In this document: piece by piece, positions 29,943-37,944 of the stretch
Position numbering within the stretch: position 1 is the stretch's first letter
Layout: every line of letters starts with the position of its first letter
Assembly: GCA_027459725.1 (NCBI GenBank)
Contig: DAIDHK010000009.1
Coordinates: forward strand, 1 to 52,462
DNA: 52,462 nucleotides
Direction: 5' to 3'
DNA from: Candidatus Levyibacteriota bacterium
GTDB taxonomy: Bacteria > Patescibacteriota > Microgenomatia > Levybacterales > UBA12049
Made by a program: the position numbers and the translations under genes
Notes under the pieces: model-generated
What the model was told of the DNA's origin: nothing
Databases searched by the model: none
Seen by the model: the letters and a program-made list of their open reading frames with translations, nothing else

Positions 29943-30462
29943 AATTAATTTTCTTCCCAAACAATTAGTTAGACAGGATAGCTTATCTAAAAGTGTTAAA
30001 TGGTTAAGAGTTGTAGCTCTGTTATTCGTGTTTGTTGTCCCGGTAGTTTCTATAGTTATCTTTCTGCTTACCTTTTTCTCTCCGTTAACTCAGTATCAGA
30101 TTACTGAAAAAAACCTAATTGCATCCTCGCAGGGTTTGTCAAATAAAATTGCCAAAATGCAATTTATCATTGATAGAACAAGAAATGCTACTAAATTTAT
30201 TGCATCTAGGAATTTATATGATCAGGTAATTCAAAGTATATATGCTCAAACAGGTTCTGATGTTAGTATTATTAGTTTATATATTAAAGATAATAAAATC
30301 TCTATTTTTGCTTCTAGCTCCTCACTTTTGTCTCTAAAAACCTTTGAAACAAACCTCAAAAACATCACATTGGTACATTTAACAGATTTTCAAACTACTT
30401 CTTTAGCAAACTCGGGTGGCGAAGGTAACTATACTCTTAACATTATGGCAAAAATACAATGA
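29932..30462 (+). CDS. pilN: PilN-like protein
   Basis: EINFLP (INLLP-like) motif, single TM, position after pilM. Confidence 0.75.
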   Translation: MKNEINFLPKQLVRQDSLSKSVKWLRVVALLFVFVVPVVSIVIFLLTFFSPLTQYQITEKNLIASSQGLSNKIAKMQFIIDRTRNATKFIASRNLYDQVIQSIYAQTGSDVSIISLYIKDNKISIFASSSSLLSLKTFETNLKNITLVHLTDFQTTSLANSGGEGNYTLNIMAKIQ

Positions 30463-31181
30463 AACTAAGACATCCTTATAAATATTATCTATTTCTGTTC
30501 AGAGATTCCAAATATTATTTACCTACTATTTATTCAACGATTATTTTAGCCTGTATTTTGCTAATCGTTTTTGTTATATATCCCCAAATACAGAATTTCC
30601 TTAATATAAATGCACAGGTGAATCAGTTAACTTCACAAATAGCAACATTAAAGAATAATATTAATAACATTAGTGGAGTAAATGACAGCGATTTACAAAG
30701 TAATTTTGACTTAGTAAGTAGGGCAGTTCCGGCGAATAAAGATTTTTCAGGTGCAATTCAAGATGTTTCATCTGTGGCAATTCAGTCCAATGTAATACTC
30801 AATAATTTTACGGTGGTGGTTGGAGATTATTCTTCTACTTCGGGTATAGCCGGTGCCTCCTCCGATCAGAACTTTACGTTAAATATAAATATTCGAGGTA
30901 GTTCATCAGGTATTATAAATTTTCTATCTAAACTCAAAAATAGTCTTCCACTTATGAGCGTACAAAGTATTACTATCTCCCAATCACAAGCTATAATTGC
31001 ATTACAAGTATATTATGTACCCTATCATCAGAAGAATGTAGATTTAATTAGTACTAACTTGTCATTAAATCCAACAGATCAGTCTACATTAAATCAAATA
31101 GCAAATTGGAATACTAATAATATAGTTCCAGTTGTGAGTACAAATAGTAAAGGTAACTTGCCTACTTTTTCATCGAATTAA
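30459..31181 (+). CDS. pilO: PilO-like protein
   Basis: Single TM, coiled coil, position after pilN. Confidence 0.7.
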   Translation: MKLRHPYKYYLFLFRDSKYYLPTIYSTIILACILLIVFVIYPQIQNFLNINAQVNQLTSQIATLKNNINNISGVNDSDLQSNFDLVSRAVPANKDFSGAIQDVSSVAIQSNVILNNFTVVVGDYSSTSGIAGASSDQNFTLNINIRGSSSGIINFLSKLKNSLPLMSVQSITISQSQAIIALQVYYVPYHQKNVDLISTNLSLNPTDQSTLNQIANWNTNNIVPVVSTNSKGNLPTFSSN

Positions 31182-31190
31182 TCAATATTT

Positions 31191-31871
31191 TTAAGATTTG
31201 TGTTTAGATGAATTTAACTTGGCTTGTGTCATTCTCCAGCTCTTAATTTTTTTATGATTTCCTTCCATGAGAATCTTAGGTACTTCCAGACCTTCATAAT
31301 TAGCAGGTCTAGTATAGTGTGGATATTCTAAAAGCATTTGATCTGAGTTCTTTTCGCATAAGGAAAAAGATTCCAGATCGGTCGCATCTTTCTTTAATAC
31401 ACCATCCAATAATCTTGTAACACTGTCAGCTATCAACATAGCTGGAATCTCTCCTCCGGTCACTATAAATTCGCCAATAGAAACTTCTTCGTCAATAAAA
31501 TTTAGTATACGTTCGTCTATTCCCTCATAGTGACCACAAATTATAATTAAATGATCGAGTGCAGAATATTTACGAGCATTCTCTTGTTTGTATACCTTGC
31601 CTTTGGCACTAGTTAAGATTATCTTGCGCTTTGGTAAATCAGGCCTTATTGTATCTTGTAAAGCAGCATTTACCACATCCACTTTCATTACCATACCTAT
31701 TCCCCCTCCATAAGGAGTATCGTCAACTTGATTGTGTTTCCCCACGCCAAATTTTCTGATATTAACAAATTCAATTTCCACAAGTTTTTTAATCTGGGCT
31801 TGTTTGATAATCGAATGGTCAAAAGGACCTTGGAACATTTCAGGAAAAAGAGTAAGTATAGAGATAATCAT
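31191..31871 (-). CDS. trmD: tRNA (guanine37-N1)-methyltransferase
   Basis: LTLFPEMF, VDDTPYGGG, ICGHYEGIDER, TGGEIPA, LEYPHYTRP. Confidence 0.97.
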   Translation of the reverse strand: MIISILTLFPEMFQGPFDHSIIKQAQIKKLVEIEFVNIRKFGVGKHNQVDDTPYGGGIGMVMKVDVVNAALQDTIRPDLPKRKIILTSAKGKVYKQENARKYSALDHLIIICGHYEGIDERILNFIDEEVSIGEFIVTGGEIPAMLIADSVTRLLDGVLKKDATDLESFSLCEKNSDQMLLEYPHYTRPANYEGLEVPKILMEGNHKKIKSWRMTQAKLNSSKHKS

Positions 31872-31938
31872 ATGCTAATTATAGACAGGATAATAGACAG
31901 TATAAACTTAGGGATTTCTTGGACTTAGTTTTAATAAA

Positions 31939-32175
31939 CTATTTATTGTCAGCGATCATGACATTAATGCGGCGGTTATTTTTTATCGCGACGATTTTCA
32001 TGATATTACGTATTGCACGAATAATTTTTCCTTCTTTACCAATAATTTTACCCATATCGTCTTTATGGACATGAATTGTGAAATTGTCAATTCCTTCAGC
32101 TTCTTGTTCTTCGATTACTACCTCCTGAGGATTGTCTACGATAGCAGCAACAACGAATTCGAGTGTATTTTTCAT
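31939..32175 (-). CDS. khpA: KH-domain RNA-binding protein
   Basis: DMGKIIGKEGKIIRAIR; position after rpsP. Confidence 0.9.
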   Translation of the reverse strand: MKNTLEFVVAAIVDNPQEVVIEEQEAEGIDNFTIHVHKDDMGKIIGKEGKIIRAIRNIMKIVAIKNNRRINVMIADNK

Positions 32176-32177
32176 GT

Positions 32178-32402
32178 TTATTTAGCAATTTGAGATACAG
32201 TCAAGCTAGGTCGGGCACCTTTACTGACCCAGTATTTAAAACGTTCTAAATTTAGTTGTTTCTGTCCTTCTTTACCTTTTTGATACCAGCCTAAAACTTC
32301 CACGCTGTCCCCATCGCGTCGACTGCGCTTTTCTTTAACAACAATACGGAATTTTCTTTCTCCCTTTTTGCCTGTTCTTGATAATCTGATTACTAAAGAC
32401 AT
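32178..32402 (-). CDS. rpsP: 30S ribosomal protein S16
   Basis: IRLSRTGKK, FRIVV, RDG, YWVSKGARPS. Confidence 0.96.
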   Translation of the reverse strand: MSLVIRLSRTGKKGERKFRIVVKEKRSRRDGDSVEVLGWYQKGKEGQKQLNLERFKYWVSKGARPSLTVSQIAK

Positions 32403-32475
32403 ATGTTTTACTTATGAGAAATAGGTCGCAGTCCATATATATCTCTGCAAGGCCTATTTAGCTCATATGATTTTA

Positions 32476-33150
32476 TCATTTCTGTTGTATTTTCTCAAGA
32501 GCAGCTTTGGCTGCTTCTTCTTCAGCTTCCTGTTTAGATTTTCCAGTTCCTTCAGATAACAATTCCTCGTTTACAAATACCCCGATTGTGAAGATCTTGG
32601 CATGAGGAGGGCCTTCATCATGTAGTACTTTGTAAACAGGGGAATTATATTTCTGTGCTTGGACATGCTCTTGTAGGAGGCTTTTGGGGTCTTTAAAGGC
32701 CCTTCTGGAAACATAGTAAGCTATTTTAGGATATAATTGTTCTCCAATGAAACTTTTCACTACCTCAATTCCTTGATCCAAAAAAAGACCGCCGATATAT
32801 GCCTCAAAACAATTGGCTAAGAGAGAATCATTTTCTCTGCCTCCAGATTCCTCTTCACCATGTGAAAGTTTTAAAAGTCCGCCAAAATTAAGGTTTTTAG
32901 CCTGTTGAGCCAGGCTTTTGGTGTTAACAACTAGCGATCTTAGATTTGTTAAAATTCCTTCATTATATTCAGAATAATTCTGGTATAAATAATCTGAAAT
33001 GACAAATGATAGGATACTGTCACCTAAAAATTCCAGTCTTTCGTTTGATTCAATCTTTTTTTTCGATTCATTTAAAAATGAGCGGTGAGTGAATGCCTGA
33101 TTAAATAATTCTTGATTTTTATATTGTGGATACGTGTCTTTATTGTTCAT
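32476..33150 (-). CDS. rnc: Ribonuclease III
   Basis: NERLEFLGDSIL signature; C-terminal dsRBD (DPKSLLQE, GPPH, SKQEAE). Confidence 0.97.
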   Translation of the reverse strand: MNNKDTYPQYKNQELFNQAFTHRSFLNESKKKIESNERLEFLGDSILSFVISDYLYQNYSEYNEGILTNLRSLVVNTKSLAQQAKNLNFGGLLKLSHGEEESGGRENDSLLANCFEAYIGGLFLDQGIEVVKSFIGEQLYPKIAYYVSRRAFKDPKSLLQEHVQAQKYNSPVYKVLHDEGPPHAKIFTIGVFVNEELLSEGTGKSKQEAEEEAAKAALEKIQQK

Positions 33151-33502
33151 GGTGGTCTTTTTTAAGGATGTTTCCCAATACTCCGTTAATAAATCCGGGA
33201 CTCGTAGAGCCTGAAAATTCTTTAGCTAACTCTATAGCTTCATCTATAATAACATTTGTTGGTTCCTTTTTCACGAAATCCAGTTCATAAATAGCCAGGC
33301 GTAAGATAGCCAAGTCTACTTTATTAATCTTTTCAGTTGGAAACTCTTTGGCAGCATCCTGGATTTTCAAGTCCAACTCTGCTTGGTGGTTCATAATTTC
33401 CTGAGCTTCTGAATTAATCTTTTGTTCATGAAATTCAATCTTAAATAGTTCTTTTATAAGATCCTGTCGTTTTTTATGTCTAGGATCGTATGCTGTTCTC
33501 AT
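33140..33502 (-). CDS. nusB: Transcription antitermination factor NusB
   Basis: VDLAILRLAIYEL, IDEAIELAKEF, FINGVLG. Confidence 0.95.
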   Translation of the reverse strand: MRTAYDPRHKKRQDLIKELFKIEFHEQKINSEAQEIMNHQAELDLKIQDAAKEFPTEKINKVDLAILRLAIYELDFVKKEPTNVIIDEAIELAKEFSGSTSPGFINGVLGNILKKDHHEQ

Positions 33503-33705
33503 GCAGTTTGCGCTAAAGAGGTTTTATTTTTCTTAACTACTACTTGATTACCTTTATAATATCCACATTCAGGACAAACTATATGTTCCGCATGTTTAGC
33601 TTGGCAATTTGGACAAACAACAAACTTAGCTAAACTAAGTCTAATACTGGCTCTCCTTTTACCTTGTCGCTGCCTAGAATGACGTTTCTTTGGTTCGTGT
33701 GACAT
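33499..33705 (-). CDS. rpmF: 50S ribosomal protein L32
   Basis: MSHEPKKRHS, CPNC...HIVCPECGYYKG; ATG 33705 preferred. Confidence 0.95.
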   Translation of the reverse strand: MSHEPKKRHSRQRQGKRRASIRLSLAKFVVCPNCQAKHAEHIVCPECGYYKGNQVVVKKNKTSLAQTA

Positions 33706-33830
33706 ATTAGCTTGTATTTTACTTGATTTAGCCTTTTTCTGCAACTACCCTCTATTGTTTTGCCCCTTTGATCAGCTTGACAGCACTCGCTTACAATATG
33801 TAAGCTTTTAGTAAGATCAATGTAAGAGAT

Positions 33831-34331
33831 ATGAGAACTATGAAAAATGTAGCATTATTATATCAGCATGTAAATTCGGTCAACCCTTATTTTAGTCTGG
33901 CAATGGTGCCTTCTGAAAAGACGATAGATCTGACTATGAGCATGTCGGTAAAGGTACTGCATACTTCCTATTTGCCACATACTTCAGGTATATTACAAAA
34001 ACTATTGCCGTCTATCTTTTCATCTGTCTGTTTTAACGATAATAATAATTCTTTTATAGAAGAAGTTAAAAACACAGAGATTGGACATTTATTTGAGCAT
34101 ATTCTGTTGGAGTATTTATGTATAGAAAAGTTAAATAAAGGATATTCAGATGCCAGCTTTAAAGGAGTTACTAACTGGAATTGGAAGGAAGAACCTCTGG
34201 GAACGTTCCATATAATCGTAGATATAGCTTGGGAAGAACGCAATTTTATCGAACCTGCTTTAGAGAAAAGCATTAAGCTAATCAATTTTATACTTAGTTC
34301 AAATGGATTAAAGGAGGTGATTTATGATTAG
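33831..34331 (+). CDS. Stand-alone cyanophycin synthetase N-terminal domain-like protein
   Basis: LP.I...C-x18-HLFEHILLE followed by F.G.T; resembles the CphA N-domain C...GHxxEH motif. Confidence 0.65.
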   Translation: MRTMKNVALLYQHVNSVNPYFSLAMVPSEKTIDLTMSMSVKVLHTSYLPHTSGILQKLLPSIFSSVCFNDNNNSFIEEVKNTEIGHLFEHILLEYLCIEKLNKGYSDASFKGVTNWNWKEEPLGTFHIIVDIAWEERNFIEPALEKSIKLINFILSSNGLKEVIYD

Positions 34332-34348
34332 ATTATTAATTTGGATTT

Positions 34349-36418
34349 TTAGTCCTGGGAGATCTTCTGTTCGTTTAGCTCCAGCAGTTGTTCGATAAGT
34401 AAAGGATAATCATTTATTTTAGAATAAATTGTTTTTGCCGCAGTTCGGGCTTTTGTAAGCAAATCTTTATCCGAAAAGGAAGCGATTTTTAACAGTTTAT
34501 ATCCACTTTGCATTGTTCCGTATAAGTCTCCTGAACCACGTATTTGCAGATCTAATTCTGCTAACTTAGCTCCCGAATTAGTCGTCTCCATTGCTTTGAG
34601 GCGGGTAAAAGTTTGGTCATTTTTTGTCTCTGCAAAAAGCAAACAATAAGACTGTTTGTCTCCTCTGCCTACTCTTCCTCGCAATTGATGTAATTGACTC
34701 AAACCAAATCGTTCGCTTGCTTCTATGACAATTATGGTAGCGTTAGGTATATCAATTCCTACTTCAACTACAGGGGTAGCTACCAGGATATCAAATAGTC
34801 GATTTTTAAATTGCATGAGAATATCATCTTTTTCTTTGGCTTTCATTTTACCGTGTAATATTCCAAGTTTTAACTGTGGAAAAACTTCTTTTCTAAGGCG
34901 TTCAAATTCAACGCTGGCTGCTTTAACTGTTTGCATATTTTCTGATTCTTCTATAAATGGACAGATTATAAACGCTTGAGAAGCTGTTTCTCCGATCTGT
35001 TTTGCTATCCATTCATATGCTCCCTGCCTCTTCTCAGATGGTACAAGCCAAGTTTTAATAGGTTTTCTGCCAAAAGGCATTTCATCTAGATACGACACAT
35101 CCAAATCAGCGTACACCGTTAGAGCCATTGTACGAGGAATAGGCGTGGCGGTCATAGTCAATACATGAGGATTATTCCCTTTTTCACGCATCAATGCTCT
35201 TTGTTCGACACCAAAACGATGTTGCTCATCAATTACAACTACTCCAGCGTTGGGAAAATCAGCTTTATTATAAAGTAACGCATGAGTTCCGACGAGAATA
35301 TTCGGTCCAGTTTTGTTATTCTTATCTTCATTATTTGCTTTGCTTAATGTTTTGTTTTTGATTTTCTTTGTAGACCCTGTAATGATGTCCACGTTTATAC
35401 CTAGGGGAGTAAAAAGTTTGCTTAATGATTTGTAATGTTGTTCGGCGAGAATTTCTGTAGGAGCCATGATTACGGCTTGTTTGTCGTTCAAAATTGCCAT
35501 GTACATAGTTAAGGCTGCCACAATGGTTTTTCCACTACCTACATCACCTTGCAAAAGACGGTTCATTGGTTGATCACTCGTCAGATCTGCAAATATACTA
35601 TTTAATTCCCTCTTTTGTGCATTAGTTAGAGGGAAAGGTAATGAGCGTATCATTGTGTCAATTTGTGTTTTATAATTATCTATTTTAAATGCTGTGGTAA
35701 GTTTTCTTTGTTTCCACATCTGTTTGCGATGTAAGGCTTTAAGTTGAAGATAAAATAATTCGTCAAAAGCTAACCTTTGTTTAGCTTGTTCCACCTCAGT
35801 ATAGCTTTGGGGAAAATGTATCTGTTGGAGAGCGTCATATAGTTGTGGGAAATTATATTGTTGCTTAATCTCAGCGGGTAAACTATCAGTTAATGTAAAT
35901 TTATTTTCTTTTAGTAACTTAAATATTTGTCGACGGAGCCACTTAGAAGACACTCCTCTTGTCTCAGGATAAACTGGCACTAATCTTCCAGTGTGAATGG
36001 TATCAGGGTTATGCGTACTTATTATCTCGTATTCAGGAGAGGTCATGCTTATTTTATTTCCCGTTACCTGAATTTGGCCAGAGAGAACTATTTCATCGTT
36101 AGTTTTAATGTTTTTGGTTAAAAATGGTTGATTGAACCACATGATTTCTATCGTTCCAGTGCCATCAGTGATCATCGCTTTTTGCAACGTTTTATGAAAT
36201 CGAGTGTAGGAATTTTTTATACTGAGAACAGTTCCTCTAACCGTTACAGTTTCACCGTTTTCCAGAGCCGAAATTATTTTAATTTGTGAGAAGTCCTCAT
36301 ATCGGTGTGGAAAATGATAGAGAAAATCTTGAAATGTGGTTATACCTAACTTCTCTAATAATGATGAGTATCTTTTGTAAATTCCACCAGCTGAAAAAAT
36401 TGGTTGTTGAAGCTGCAT
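34349..36418 (-). CDS. recG: ATP-dependent DNA helicase RecG
   Basis: RLLQGDVGSGKT, DEQHRFGV, MTATPIPRT, QLHQLRGRVGR, wedge domain. Confidence 0.97.
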   Translation of the reverse strand: MQLQQPIFSAGGIYKRYSSLLEKLGITTFQDFLYHFPHRYEDFSQIKIISALENGETVTVRGTVLSIKNSYTRFHKTLQKAMITDGTGTIEIMWFNQPFLTKNIKTNDEIVLSGQIQVTGNKISMTSPEYEIISTHNPDTIHTGRLVPVYPETRGVSSKWLRRQIFKLLKENKFTLTDSLPAEIKQQYNFPQLYDALQQIHFPQSYTEVEQAKQRLAFDELFYLQLKALHRKQMWKQRKLTTAFKIDNYKTQIDTMIRSLPFPLTNAQKRELNSIFADLTSDQPMNRLLQGDVGSGKTIVAALTMYMAILNDKQAVIMAPTEILAEQHYKSLSKLFTPLGINVDIITGSTKKIKNKTLSKANNEDKNNKTGPNILVGTHALLYNKADFPNAGVVVIDEQHRFGVEQRALMREKGNNPHVLTMTATPIPRTMALTVYADLDVSYLDEMPFGRKPIKTWLVPSEKRQGAYEWIAKQIGETASQAFIICPFIEESENMQTVKAASVEFERLRKEVFPQLKLGILHGKMKAKEKDDILMQFKNRLFDILVATPVVEVGIDIPNATIIVIEASERFGLSQLHQLRGRVGRGDKQSYCLLFAETKNDQTFTRLKAMETTNSGAKLAELDLQIRGSGDLYGTMQSGYKLLKIASFSDKDLLTKARTAAKTIYSKINDYPLLIEQLLELNEQKISQD

Positions 36419-36503
36419 GTTGTAGTGATTCTACAATGGTCACCGACTGATGTCCAGCCCATGGTTTAGATGAAAGTAAATTTCCTTATTTCCTACTCCT
36501 GAT

Positions 36504-36608
36504 CTAAAGTAAAGAAATGTAAGGTAAGAAAGACATCATAATTAATGCTAACGAAGCAATGATTACAATAATTGTCCAAAATTTTTTATGTTTCTCAATA
36601 AAATTCAT
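36504..36608 (-). CDS. Small single-TM protein (34 aa)
   Basis: Hand translation MNFIEKHKKFWTIIVIIASLALIMMSFLPYISLL*: basic N-terminus plus one TM helix, filling the tyrS-recG gap. Confidence 0.6.
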   Translation of the reverse strand: MNFIEKHKKFWTIIVIIASLALIMMSFLPYISLL

Positions 36609-36676
36609 AATTTAGTCCTTAAGTATTAAGTATAGTATATAGTGTAAAATCTAAAACTCAAAATGTAAAGTGAATA

Positions 36677-37870
36677 TTAGCTACTCTTAACTTTATAAAT
36701 TCTTTGTTTTCCTATTCTAATTGTTCCCCCTAAGATATCTATTGAAGGTATCTGTGGATTGTAAATTATAGGATTACCATTTGAACTGAAAAAATGAATT
36801 CCATTTTGTTCAATTAATTGTTTAAATTGTGACTTGCTTTGTACTAATCCCTGCTCAATAAAGTTTTCCGTCACATCTTTTTGTAAATTCCAATTAATAT
36901 TGGGTATCTCATTAGGAGTTTGTTTGTTTTGTACTTTACTAATGAAAGAGAGTTCAGCTGATTCAGCAGTTGATAGATCAAATAACTCTATCACTATTTG
37001 TCTGGCTAAGTTTTTTTTGATATTCATAGGATGAGTACCCCGTTGTAACTCATTTTCAATAGCCTGTATCTCAGTTAAACTAATGTTAGTCGCCAAACGG
37101 TAGTATTGTGAAATCAAATCATCGTTTATAGCCATGACTTTAGCATATATATCTTCTGGTGTATCATCCAGCCATATAGCATTACCCCAGGATTTACTCA
37201 TTTTGCGTCCATCCGTACCGAGTAGATAGTCTAATGATAATACGAATGAATCTTTCTTTCTGAGAACTTTTTGTAACGACCTTCCTGCTTGCATGTTAAA
37301 TGTTTGGTCGGCTCCTCCGATTTGCAAATCTGTATTCATATAGTAACTATCATAGCCCTGCATCACAGGATATAACAGTTCATGAAGTCCGATTCTTTTA
37401 CCTTCTTTTAATCGTTTTGCTATCAATTCACGCGAAAGAAAATCATTGGCAGAAAAACTCTGGGCAAGTTTAACTATCTCTTCAAATGATAGGTTTTTTA
37501 ACCATTCTGAATTATGGCGAACATGGATTTTAGAAAAATCCAATACTTTTTGAGCCTGTTGCTTGTAAGTTTTAAAGTTGTTCTCAATTTCTTCTGTGGT
37601 TAAGATAGGTCTTTCACTTTCCTTATCAGAGGTATCTCCGATTAGAGCAGTAAAATCTCCTATTAAAAATGTGACATTGTGACCAAGTTGAGCAAATTGC
37701 TCTAGTTTCCGCAAAGGAAAGGCATGCCCCAGGTGGATATGAGTTGCAGTGGGATCTATACCGAGATAAATATTGAGCTTTTCTTTTTTTGCTAGCTTTT
37801 GAGATAATAGATCTCTATTTGGTATAATATTGACAACACCACGTGTTAATATATCTTCGAGGTTTTCCAT
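36677..37870 (-). CDS. tyrS: Tyrosine--tRNA ligase
   Basis: YLGIDPT, HLGH, YPVMQGYD, GGADQ, KMSKS. Confidence 0.97.
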   Translation of the reverse strand: MENLEDILTRGVVNIIPNRDLLSQKLAKKEKLNIYLGIDPTATHIHLGHAFPLRKLEQFAQLGHNVTFLIGDFTALIGDTSDKESERPILTTEEIENNFKTYKQQAQKVLDFSKIHVRHNSEWLKNLSFEEIVKLAQSFSANDFLSRELIAKRLKEGKRIGLHELLYPVMQGYDSYYMNTDLQIGGADQTFNMQAGRSLQKVLRKKDSFVLSLDYLLGTDGRKMSKSWGNAIWLDDTPEDIYAKVMAINDDLISQYYRLATNISLTEIQAIENELQRGTHPMNIKKNLARQIVIELFDLSTAESAELSFISKVQNKQTPNEIPNINWNLQKDVTENFIEQGLVQSKSQFKQLIEQNGIHFFSSNGNPIIYNPQIPSIDILGGTIRIGKQRIYKVKSS

Positions 37871-37944
37871 ATGCTGAGTATATAATAGATATGAAGCAAG
37901 AGCAATAAGTTGAGGTAGAATAAATATATATAAATTGTCTATTT

